Source of the DNA: Octopus bimaculoides
Taxonomy: Eukaryota
DNA: 64,000 nt
Direction of reading: 5' to 3'
Assembly: GCF_001194135.2 (NCBI RefSeq)
Contig: NC_068983.1
Location: forward strand, 82,997,105-83,061,104
Every line of letters begins with the position of its first letter. Positions within the stretch are counted from its first letter, which is position 1. The notes beneath the pieces are model-generated. The model searched no databases and was not told the origin of the DNA. It saw only the letters and a program-made list of their open reading frames with translations. Position numbers and translations under genes: made by a program. Shown here piece by piece: positions 52,168 to 64,000 of this stretch.

Positions 52168-52922
52168 TTCCCATTGTAACAATAATGACTGCGGCTTAGT
52201 AACNNNNNNNNNNNNNNNNNNNNNNNNNNNNNNNNNNNNNNNNNNNNNNNNNNNNNNNNNNNNNNNNNNNNNNNNNNNNNNNNNNNNNNNNNNNNNNNNN
52301 NNNNNNNNNNNNNNNNNNNNNNNNNNNNNNNNNNNNNNNNNNNNNNNNNNNNNNNNNNNNNNNNNNNNNNNNNNNNNNNNNNNNNNNNNNNNNNNNNNNN
52401 NNNNNNNNNNNNNNNNNNNNNNNNNNNNNNNNNNNNNNNNNNNNNNNNNNNNNNNNNNNNNNNNNNNNNNNNNNNNNNNNNNNNNNNNNNNNNNNNNNNN
52501 TGTGTGTGTGTGTGTGAGTTCTCTTCTCTTTTTAATTATTTAAATCCTTTCTCTGAAGAAGAAGCTGGTTCCTAGCAAATATACAAATCTCCATCGCTGG
52601 AATGGAGATTATAAAAACAATGTCACACAAACTTGTGAAAAGTGTTGCATCTTTTTACCGTTCCTCTTACAGATTGTATTTGTAATGTGCGATTTCTGAA
52701 AACCATGGCTTATCCAAATTGCTGCTTTCAATGATTTCCTGAAAGACATTTTGCATATTGTAGAAGATATTTTATTATGACGTCATTTCAATTCTGATTT
52801 TTATATATTTCCATTCAAAAGATTTGTATATGTCTCTTATGACGTCATAATTAGCTGACTGTTTTTTTTTTATAAGTATACAGTATAATTTTGCTTTTGT
52901 CTTCATATCTTTAATACTTCAG

Positions 52923-53291
52923 TAGACACTAATATCGGATAGCCTTGCTTATAATCGTATCAATATTTCACCGACTACAAGATGGGTAAGCTTTTGATTC
53001 TACACACACACAAACACGCATGCACGCACGTACACACGCACACGCGCGCGCACAAACACGCACACTCACACCCACATACATACACACACATAATTTAGGC
53101 AGTTTGTATCAATCTGAACAGCCAATTGCTCTCACTCGGTGAGCCTTCCCGTAGTGTGGTTTAGGACAACATTTTTGGATCAGAACATTAAGCTAGTTAG
53201 GTTTTCTTTTAATAATCATTCCGTAGGAACGTCCCTAGATGAAACAGACAAAAACAATGTCTCCACTCTGCAGACGGAGGCCAGATTTGCG
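52923..53291 (+). CDS. Candidate gene start: exon 52923-52985 (ATG at 52982) plus exon 53227-53291, giving MGTSLDETDKNNVSTLQTEARFA
   Basis: Pyrimidine-rich acceptors (..ttaatacttcag, ..atcattccgtag), donors GG|gtaagc and CG|gtaatg, compatible phases. No homology recognised. Confidence 0.22.
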
Positions 53292-53700
53292 GTAATGTTT
53301 ATATGCATCCACTGCTGGTTGTACATTCATAACATTTTTGCACTCTCCATCTGCCAACGTTGCAACTATTACGTAAATTGGAGACCACAGGAATAGCTGT
53401 CAGATCTAAAATAGCATGCCCTCTCAGTTTAGTTTTCTGTCTTTTGTACTCCGTGTAAGCCTGTTCTGTAAATATAGATCTGCTTCTAGCACATTAGCAG
53501 TCCACCTAGTGGCTTCTTTTATATATATTTTTATATATACATATATAAATATCTATATGTTTATACATGAATATATATATATCGTATATATGTATTTACA
53601 TGTATATATATATATGAATGTAGATGATATATAACGAAACCAAGGGTGCTTAATTGTTTATTTCCATCATTATTTCTATATTTGTTTTATATATGTGGAA

Positions 53701-54153
53701 GGCGGCGAACTGGCAGAATCGTTACCACGTCGGGTAAAAAGCTCAGTTGTATTTCGCCCGTCTTCGCGTTCTAATTTCAAATTCCGCCGAAGCCGATTTT
53801 GCCTTTCATCCTCTCGGGCTCGATGAATTAAGTACTAGTGAAACACTGGGGTCGATATGAGTCTATGTATGTATGTATGGATGTGCGCGTGAGTGTATGT
53901 AAGAACATTACTGTATATATGTCCTTATCTCGACAATACGTGTTACTTGCAAAATTTCTGTCGCTGTCATACAGGTAATGCTATTCATTACCAATATTCT
54001 GCGAAGAAATACCACCTAGGTAGGAGCAAGACGAGAGTTGGCGTCAGGAACGGCATCTGGCCGTAGAATGATCTGCCTCAATAAACTCCGTCCAGCCCAA
54101 GCAAGCGTGGAAAAGTAGACGTTTAAATGAGGATGATGATGGTGATGATGATA

Positions 54154-54200
<47 letters not shown>
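53701..54200 (+). mobile_element. Chimeric SINE: type A head/core, microsatellite, LINE-like tail ending (GAT)n
   Basis: ggcggcgaactggcagaatcg...ggggtcgat (53701-53860), then gttggcgtcaggaacggcatctggccgtag..ggaaaagtagacgtttaaat(gat)n. Confidence 0.7.
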
Positions 54201-54201
<1 letters not shown>

Positions 54202-54951
54202 TATTATATATCAGCTTTATATAATTACAAGTGAATACAAATCTTATCCATTTGTAACTAGACAAACAATCAATGGGGTTTGTCAAATTTTCATAGTTAG
54301 TTTCATGAACATCCGAGACTCTTTAAACATCTTCTCTAACATGTAGGTAGGTGTCAAAGCACGGTTACAAGGTGTCCGAGATGTGTCATGTAATCGCAAA
54401 CACTCTCATCAAAGGTCGTTCAGTGCAAGATAATGGTTTCCAACCAAGAATCAACAAAGATTTCTACATTTTCTTAAAAAAGTGAAGAATTTATGAAGTG
54501 ATATTTAAAAAAAAAATATCCTCCGTGCGTGTGTGCGTGTGTGTAAATACATATATGTATGTATATACATACATATGCATATATATACACATATGTGTGT
54601 GTGTACTTGGGTACAAGCGTCTATGTTTGCGTGTGTATGTGTGTGCGTGCGTGCGTGCGTGCGTTCGAAGATATGTATAGTGCGAGAATATGTGTGCTAT
54701 AAATTTAGCAGTAACACCGGGCCATATTAACTCTTGGACGTAAATAACATTTAATCCTATCAACGTGTCTAACACGAAAGCAAGGTAAAGAGAGAACTAA
54801 ATGCAACAAAAATCCAACTGAAAAATCTCTGTGCAGCATACAGAAATAAGTTGAATATTTCTTGATTTAACTGTACTGTATGTATTGAAGTTTAATACAT
54901 ATAACCATACATATATAAACATGTATATATGTATGTATATATATATGTGTG

Positions 54952-54954
<3 letters not shown>

Positions 54955-55047
<93 letters not shown>
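54955..55047. repeat. (AG)n microsatellite
   Basis: Direct reading; source of the ERERE/LSLSL ORFs. Confidence 0.97.
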
Positions 55048-55050
<3 letters not shown>

Positions 55051-55759
55051 GTATATATATATGCTTGCATTCATACAAACGTGTATGCGTGTGTTTGTAT
55101 GTATGACTTTCGCCAGAAGCGAACAATATATGTATTGAGTATAGAATTTTGCTGAAGGAATTGGTAGAGTGTTCTTCACAGTATTTTCTCTCACTATGTT
55201 ACACTCTCACCCTCTCTCTGTCTCTTCTATCTTTCCGTCTTCCCCCCCCCTCTCTCTTTATCTTTCTCTCTGGTGTTATTTATTTGTGTGTGTGTGAGGG
55301 AGACACAGACAGCGACAGACAGTGACAGAAAGAGTGGGAGCATGTGAGAAAGAAACAAAGTGATTTCTTTCTCCCACACCTCTACACTCTACCCTCCCAC
55401 TGACTTACCCTTCTAACACGCTCTTTACTTTATCATAGCAGCAATCTGTTGTTGCGTATGTGAAGGTGGTAAATAAACAGGTTTCACTGGTAATTAAAAT
55501 CTAGCCTTATCTTAATCTCCATCTTAATTGAATTGAATTGGTATGTAGGGCTGGGGTAGGAAGCGTGACCGAAAGGGTAGGAGAGACCAGGAGTTAAGGA
55601 TATCGACTTGAAAAGATTGATTCTATGAACAAGTAAGTTGGTGTGGGAGCGAAAGGAAAGAGAAAATGTATAGATGAATAACTGATATTCTTTGGTTCTT
55701 GTTATTAAACTGAAATGGCCCTGCTCAGATCTTTTACTAGGCTAAGTTTGATTAAATTG

Positions 55760-55925
55760 ACTCTGGTAAATATTTTATTGACTAGTAGCTCTTATTTTAT
55801 CGACTTCGGAAGGCTTGAAACGCTAGACATTGTCGGGCGAGATTTGAACTGACAACATAGAGACGTAGCCGCATTGAGAAAAAAAGAGTTGTTTGACACT
55901 CTACCGATTCTGCCATCCAGTCGCG
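55760..55925 (-). mobile_element. SINE type A, very old copy
   Basis: ttattttatcgacttcggaagg..gatttgaactgac..gattctgcca. Confidence 0.5.
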
Positions 55926-56494
55926 AAGAGGGTAAAAACGTAAACAGAGCAACGGGGGATTAGCTCTCTGTTTACTTTTCTAGGAAGAGCTAAAGATGAA
56001 GTAAACGGAGATTGAACACAAGGAGAGTCAGTGAAGGAAAGAGAGTCAGACATTTAAACTAGGCAGAAAATGAATGAGCAGGAAAGGCAAATAACGAGGA
56101 AGGACTTGGAAAAGGGAAAACGGGGTCGGCGAAAGGACAATAACATTCTTAAACAGCAATTACTTGAGTATATTCTAAGGTAATCATCCATGTTCTCGGT
56201 TCAAGAACGGATGTTTCATTTAGCATGGTGCCTAAATAGCGTCGAACAATGCGAGCTGGATGAAGCCTCTTTCAGCCAAACCTCATTGCTTGTATTCTAC
56301 CCTACGTTTGTGAGTATTTGAACGAGTGTAAAGCGACAGAGTAAGCTTTTAATTGTGTGCAGTAAAGTTTATCTCATGAAGTGATGTCATTCTCATTGTT
56401 TATGATCGTTGGCATTAGTATAGTTGTTTTGTCATTCTTGACATAGATAGGGCCCCTGTTGACGATGCTCTAGTTTATGTGTTTGAGCTTCAAA

Positions 56495-56760
56495 GGCAGG
56501 CATGGGTGTGTGGTTAAGAATTTCGCTTCTTAATTTAAAGACTCTAAGTTCGATACGACTATAGAGCGTTTCGGGCAAATGTCTTTTATAATAGCGTCTC
56601 CAGGACCGAAGTTCTATAAGTGAAACTGCGTAGATGGAAACTGTTTGGAAGCTTGTCCTATGAGCTCTATCTTCAATTCATCAGCTAGTTTTGTCACACA
56701 TGATATCACTCCTATTGTACCAAGGGATTACGCCAATGGTTCACGTGTCCGTGGAATATC
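56495..56760 (+). mobile_element. Old SINE with type B head and type C-like tail
   Basis: ggcatgggtgtgtggttaag..gggcaaatgtctttt..gatggaaactg, then ttgtcacac..cacgtgtccgtgg. Confidence 0.5.
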
Positions 56761-58003
56761 CTACCATATATACAGTAAATCAAAGAGCAAGCAGTTCAGG
56801 TGATTTGATGACTTAATATTCCTAGACTAAACCAACAAGGATCGAATTCCTTTCGCTTTTAACTTTACGTGGTTGAGATACGCTAGGCTAAACAGTTGTG
56901 TTGAACGGGAGAAAAACTAGAAGGGAAATATTAGAGAAATAATAAATTCCCGGTCATGAGTTTCTGAACCTTAGAAGTTTTTTCCCATCGCCTTTCTTTT
57001 GCAAAACCTGATCTGTTCTGCATAAATTTTGTTTGCTGGATGTTTCGGGTCCAGCTGGATGTTTGGGAACATTCAACTCGTGCATGCATCTGTGGACACA
57101 GGTATGGATCTGTTTCAATCAAGAGCTTCCGACTTGTATCACAGCATTTGATATCTTGAGCAATCATTATGTCGACTAATGTCTTCTGGAAAAAAGTACG
57201 TAGAGAGAAGCTGCGAAAAGGCCCGGCAAATGGATGGCACCAGTACTTCAAAGTGACATGGCATATACTCCGGCATGTTGGTTCCGCCTGAGAAGTAGCC
57301 TAAGGATACACATGTTTGTAGAATATACAGCGCTACAATGCAGTCAACGACTGTTCAATAAAACGAACCTCTGGAAAAGTCATCATTGAAAGTTCTGAAG
57401 GTCCATTCGCATGTGTGTCTATGCTCGCGTGTTTGTGTATATACATATGTGTCTGCACATAGACATGTGTATGCGTGTCCTATAAACATATAAATCTATA
57501 TGTACGTGTAAACGCATATGTAGGTACATTATACGCGTGTGTGTGTGTGAGCGCGCGCTTATACCAGATAGTGAAACAGAGTTGGGTAACAGGTGGAGGG
57601 AGACCGCGAACTACTGATAGAAATGCAATATTCAAAAGTGTGAAAGAAGAGAATTCATAACAAAGACAGCGTAAAGAAAATAATAAACTTTAGTGAAAGC
57701 AAATCAAAAACCTCATTGATGTTGTTATTTTGTTTTGTTTTGTTTTTTTCCTCTGCCTATAATTCATGTATAGAAATATATTTGCATCTTATAGAGATTT
57801 CAGTAGATTTTTTTAAAACTTCTATCTGTAACGTAAGAATATTTGAATACTTATTTAACAAATTAATATTTTATATTCCGACCCTCCACATTCGTTCACA
57901 TACGTCACAGATTTACCACATGAATACAATTAACTATATATATGTAACTCATACACACATCTGCGCGTACAGTAACGCACACACGCACATCAGTATATAA
58001 ATG

Positions 58004-58054
<51 letters not shown>

Positions 58055-58381
58055 GCGTGTGTGTGCGTGTGTGCAGGAATATATGCATGTGTGTATGCAT
58101 AAAATGTAATTTTAATTTTAAATACAGCCATATATGAATAATATGTATTATATACATATATTATATATAATTTTTTATTATTTATATACTCAGACTTCAT
58201 TATGAAAACTACATACAACACTTGCACACCAAATGCAGGAAGATGTACATGCGTGCCTTTGTATATATATTCACTTATATGCATATATTTATACATACAC
58301 GCACACTGAAAAACACATACATCTGTTTGAGTGTGTGAGTGTGGCTGTATGAATATATGTAAATGAATATATATATATGTG

Positions 58382-58439
<58 letters not shown>

Positions 58440-59136
58440 AGTATGCATGTAGATGCATATATTGATATACATGCATAGATGTATTTATATGTATGTAGGT
58501 AAGAATAAGTATAGATGCTATTCAAGAATTGCAACTGTTATTTGAATGAGATATTCACAAACATTCTGTATATATTTAATTTATTTTAATTTAGTTTTCC
58601 TATTTTCTTTATTTTAATATGATTTCAATGACAAAATAATACATATACACCATATTCTTTTCGATATGTAACAACAAATATTGGTAAAAGACATGTATAT
58701 ATGCATACATATATGTATGTATATATACACATACATGATTACATATATGTATATATACACACACACGCACATATATGGTTGTTTGTGCGCAAGTATGTGT
58801 GAGTACTCACACACATATATGTGGGATGTTCCTGGTTATCGTTGTATGTGTGTGTGTGTAATTTTATGTGTGTATGGAGATAGACTGATAATTAGAAAGA
58901 CAATATCATATTATCTTTTCTTCCTATATATTAATTATGAAATTTTGAGACTTGAAGACTTCTCTGTTATTTCTAGCAGGCCAAGCGACTAGGCAGAATC
59001 ACTCGCGCTTGTCAAAATTTTCTAATATTGTAGTCGCACCTTTCAATTACCTTAATTTTTCTCCTATTTAAGGTACACAGGCTTCAGTTAAAATTTCAGA
59101 TAGTGTAAAAATTGTAATGAAATGAGAAGAATGTTT

Positions 59137-59202
<66 letters not shown>

Positions 59203-60189
59203 ATGTGTGTGTGTAAATAAGATTATGTGTACTCTTTTAGCTGTTGTATAAAATAAATCTAAATTAATTACAACTAATGGAGCAAATAATGTAAAACGTA
59301 GGAGTTATGAGCAACTCTCAAAGTGAAGGGAGGTAATTTCAAAAGATTGCAAATTAGTATCACCAACTTTAGGGGAAAGTCTGATTGTTGCATTCAAGCA
59401 AGGAACAACTTATAGACATTATAAATTTTACACAAACCGTAGCATAACTCAAAACTTAAATTTAAATATTGCAAGCCTCACTGTGAATGATTTACAAATG
59501 TAAAAATATCTTTTTTTTTTATGTTATTGATGCACAGAAAAAGTGAGAGGAAGTTTCCTGGCGGACCGTTTCACGGTTTATTGACCGTCCCTCAGAAAAT
59601 ATACCTGTCTTTCCTCCGCAAGCATTATACATCTATATAAAGCAGTAGTAAATTAGCCTAGCGCATGAGTGGATTGCTTTTGAAAACTCTTCATATATTC
59701 AACAATATCTATTTTACACTACAGTAGTGAACTGTTATCAAATGAAGACTGTACGATCTGTTGCCAAATATATTTATATCTAGAAAATATGGTTGTGTAA
59801 ATCATTTGACCATTAATAGTTGCTTCATGAAAATATATGATGAAACAATGGCACGAATTTCTATAAATGAATTAATAGACGATGTGTAACAATGCTTCAT
59901 TTTAGGATCTTTTAAAAATAAAGCGGTTCCAGACTGTAATTGCAGGCGTAACCCTGCAACTGAATGAACTAAACTACATAACGAAGTAAAGTATACACGC
60001 ACACACTAGTTTACATGCATTTACATATAGAATGATACACATACATATATAAATACATATAAATAAACATAAATGTGTGTATAAATATATGTAAGTATAC
60101 ATACATACCAAAAAGTAAATACAAATGGTGTTTAAAATTTACGGCAGCTGTTTCTGTAGCATTTTATTTGACGCTATCTTAGAGAATTT

Positions 60190-60745
60190 ACATCATAATA
60201 TACATTCCACTTCCTGTTCAATAAGGCTATCTCAGGATCGAGGAACGTGAAATCATCAACTTGAACAGCCAAAGCATGGTTGGCTCAAAAGCCACTGGAT
60301 GTTATCTGGAAATCAACCCTGTCAGACAATCTTAAGAGGAATTTTCCCGTGCAACAGTAGAGGCTGTCGTTTTATATAGAGCACCAGCTTGGACGCTTAC
60401 CAAAAACTGAAATCCTAGCTACATGGAACTAACGTCATAATTTTAAGAGCAGTCTTAAACCTACCTTGGTGAACTCGTCCCATCAAGGAACAGCTGTATC
60501 GAGGTTCCTTGCCTGTTTCCACCATTATAAAGGAAAGGTGCTTGCGCTTTGCGGGACATAGCTGGCAAGCAAAACATCAAGCAACATGTAACGTACGGGT
60601 ATGAATGCCTAAGCATGGCCGAGCTGTAGATCGACTCATCAGAGACACTGGATGCCTCTCCGAAGAGCCCCCTCAATTAATGTAGAAACGAGATAGATGG
60701 CGTTTGCGTATTAAAAAGGTCCAGGCATGTTCGACCAGATTTTAT
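60190..60745 (+). mobile_element. Decayed RTE-clade LINE 3' end
   Basis: AKAW..Q..L.VIWKSTLSDNLK, A.VEAVVLY...WTLTK, LRFAGHSW, DRLIRDTG, RDRWR. Confidence 0.8.
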
Positions 60746-61518
60746 GATAAATCCGTCATCATCAGGCAAAAATATTAGATATAGAATTGGACATAGCCAA
60801 CATTCGCTAAGCTTACACATGTGTGTGTATGTGTGTGTGTGTGCGTATACTTGAAGCAAAGATTTTCCCATAGCTCAGCAGGTGCCATTAACACATGATG
60901 AGCCCATGATGGTGAAACTATGATCATGAAACTCAACTTCAAGCGCATATAAAGCTCTTTACCATCCTTTTGTGAATGGAAAAAGGCTTGTATGGCATTC
61001 GTATGCGCACACGCATATATGTTCGCGTGCATGCATAACATGTTCGGATTAAGACTCATAACGACACCAAAGACTTCAAAGGTTTGGTTGTCTACATATA
61101 CTCGAATATGTAGACAAAATATAAACGAAAGTAAACCATAAAATAGATGACAACAACTAATAAGATGGAAAATAATGTATGCGTTTGTATACTTCTACAT
61201 TATTTACATTTGAAAAGTTTTCTCCTGCATTTTCACTTGCAAAATCTTTGATCAGATACTCACTATGATACCATGAACACTATGAAATTGAATGTCAATC
61301 ACATAGACCCCTTCGAAAATTATTTTAGCAAGTTTCGAGTGATTTCACTTGTGCCGTAAACCATTTACAATTTCTGTGGTGTCCCACTCCCCTTGCCTTG
61401 ATTTCCCAAGTACGCTACTTATTTTGCTTAATGGTTATACCAGACTTGATGTACAACATGCTTGGGTACATGTATATGCATACAAGCAGAGAAAAAGCAC
61501 ATACGCATACACATGCCA

Positions 61519-61556
<38 letters not shown>

Positions 61557-63148
61557 TTCATACATAGAGAAACATACATATACACACATACGTTTAACCC
61601 ACATAAATATTTCGAAGTTCTTAAGCTATTATTCTTCTGTTTATTTATATGTCTTCGGACGAATCGTAACTACTTGTCTGTTTATATATATATATAAATA
61701 TATATNNNNNNNNNNNNNNNNNNNNNNNNNNNNNNNNNNNNNNNNNNNNNNNNNNNNNNNNNNNNNNNNNNNNNNNNNNNNNNNNNNNNNNNNNNNNNNN
61801 NNNNNNNNNNNNNNNNNNNNNNNNNNNNNNNNNNNNNNNNNNNNNNNNNNNNNNNNNNNNNNNNNNNNNNNNNNNNNNNNNNNNNNNNNNNNNNNNNNAT
61901 ATATACATATATATATATGTGTGTGTGTATGGATATGTATTAATGTGGTGCATTTGCGTTTATACTTATGTATATATGTATGAGTCTGTATGATTTTGTA
62001 CGTGGATGTGCAGAAGCAAAACAAATACATGCAGCGTAAGTTGTGGAGGAGAGGAGTTAGCGGAAGGGAGAAGAGTTGGAATACAAGTGGAACGGATGGA
62101 AAGAAATAGAGATGATGGAAGATCCAAACGGCTGAATGAATGATAGAGAATAATAATTCGCGAACACCAAATATTTGGTCATCACATATACAAGAGGAGA
62201 AAGAAGAAAGTTACCACTAAAACTAAGCAGACATTTGTGAGCAATTCACGGCAAATGGTGAGAGGCAAGGGTTTGATTGTTTGTTTATTACCAAGCCAAT
62301 CTGTGTGGTGTGTTTGCAGTTGTGATACACGCATAGCGAAATGGTGCTAAAGTAAACATTGCGAAGTGTTCCAAATGTCTATTTGTATCTGTGGTGAGAG
62401 GGATGTGGATTTAAGAGATTCCTTCCATGCTTGATATATAGATGTGTGTCTGCTTGTGTGTTTGTGTGTGTACACACACACACACACACACATGCACACA
62501 CATATACATACATTATATATATATATATATATGCCTACTCGCTCATATGAGTGTCTGTGTGTGTTGGATTTGTATATGTATATTCTCCCTTTCTATTCAC
62601 CTCTTTGAGGCAACGAATGGCTATTATGTAAAGGAAAGAGTGAATGAAAGACACAGGAAAAGGAAAAGAGTAAGAAAAACAACAGCGAGCATGAATATCA
62701 GACATATTTGTATTTTTGTGGGTATATATGCGTATCAGTGCGCGTGTGTGCGCACACGCACACACACACACATACATATATAAATTCGGATTGTTCGTGT
62801 TTTAAAACGACGAATTAAAAAAGAAATATTGTTGGGGGTGGGGTAGGAATTAATTTTTTTTTTTTTGCATAATCGTATCAATTCTATTATGCAGAAGACA
62901 GAATTGAAAATATTTTGTAAAAATTCGTAAAAATACAAAAAAAAAGTATGAGGGGTTTTAGCCCGTGCTTACATCACAACTCCACTGAGTCTTGCTTCCA
63001 CTAGCGAACACTATACGTATCTTTCAGAAAGTTCCATACCAATTTAACATTATGTGAGATTCGTTGTTAGTTTATGCGCAGGCTATGTGGGAAAACAGAT
63101 TAAAGAAGCTTTTTTTAGCTTATCTCTCCTAAAAAGAGCTCCTTCTGC

Positions 63149-63189
63149 TGTTGAATAAAATAAACTCGCAGAGTTTATTTTATTCAACA
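63149..63189. repeat. Perfect 19-bp palindrome with 3-nt spacer
   Basis: tgttgaataaaataaactc-gca-gagtttattttattcaaca. Confidence 0.95.
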
Positions 63190-63420
63190 CCTTCCTTCAA
63201 TTTCCTTACACCATTTATGTGGCTGACTGTGACAAGAAATTTCGTTTTCATGTAAAACAACTATATTTTTTAGTCATTATCCGTAATCTACTTCCAAAAC
63301 ACTTCAGTAGCTTTACTTTGCATCGCTTGCAAACTTATGTTCTATGATCACTAATGTGCAACGATATCCATGATATCCAGCCTTCAGTTTCATTTTTCCA
63401 TTCCTAGGTTAATCCAAAAA
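63190..63420 (-). mobile_element. Possible mariner transposase remnant
   Basis: Weak resemblance to the ..L..K.....VVLHEN catalytic-D region; lies next to a palindrome made of mariner-TIR-like sequence. Confidence 0.3.
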
Positions 63421-64000
63421 ATAGATTGCCGTGCTACTCATTAACCTTTTCGGTAGTTCAATTATTTGGTGAAAATAGTACCACCAACGCAACTTAGACC
63501 GTCCAAAGCTGCTTGGTGCTTGGCTAATTGTTCTTAGTTGTGAGTTAATCTTCTATGATTTTGACAATCAACGTATTGGTAAGCTATAATGATAATGTTG
63601 AACTTTATATTTGTAGATCTTTTGCCGCTTCTATATTCAATTATCCTTTGTACTTCTCTTTCTTACGCTTGCAATTCCAAATTTTGTATCCGTATTATTC
63701 AGGGATTTATCAATTATCTTTGTTGTGTATAGCAGGTTTATATCTTCTTTTTATGAACGTGAATTTTGAAATTCTGAAGTTGATGTCTGCTTTACATTTA
63801 TATAGTGTTTCGATATTTAAAACATCTGCTTCTAGTTTTATATATTAATAACAAATTCGTTGGCAGTAATAAATCGGTGAATCTCCTACACTCTAAAGGA
63901 AAAATAGTTGGGATGCGGTTGTCTCCTGGTGGATAATAAAACTCAACAAATGAACCGATTTTGAGGAATTTATGTGAGAACCATTCATTAACGGGTGAGT

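Noticed and set aside
56224-56309. 86-nt candidate exon ending TTT|gtgagt (WCLNSVEQCELDEASFSQTSLLVFYPTF)
   Set aside because: Its phase-1 start does not fit the phase-0 end of the 53291 candidate, the acceptor is weak, and an open frame of 28 codons is common by chance.

Overview
AT-rich animal genomic DNA saturated with microsatellites, with 12 N-gaps that mostly sit against simple repeats (typical of a short-read assembly). The SINE families look like those I associate with octopus genomes; this is inference and needs a database check. No intact protein-coding gene is recognisable, and almost every ORF in the supplied track is translated microsatellite or gap. The window is mainly a transposon landscape. 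It holds about 20 copies of three tRNA-headed SINE types that share and swap modules, several with 12-17 bp target-site duplications (TSDs). It also holds decayed Penelope-like elements (RT + GIY-YIG), two RTE-clade LINE remnants, a Helitron 3' end carrying four copies of the helicase C-terminus inside a split SINE, a Tc1-like transposase with DD36E spacing, a maT/DD37D-like remnant and several mariner-like ends. Structures these elements do not explain: two long fold-back inverted repeats (8.2-8.6 kb, 32.8-33.0 kb), a small MITE, a degenerate higher-order tandem array (1.06-1.88 kb), a 19-bp perfect palindrome and a weak two-exon gene-start candidate (52.9-53.3 kb). I found no convincing wholly new system; the best leads are in the findings.
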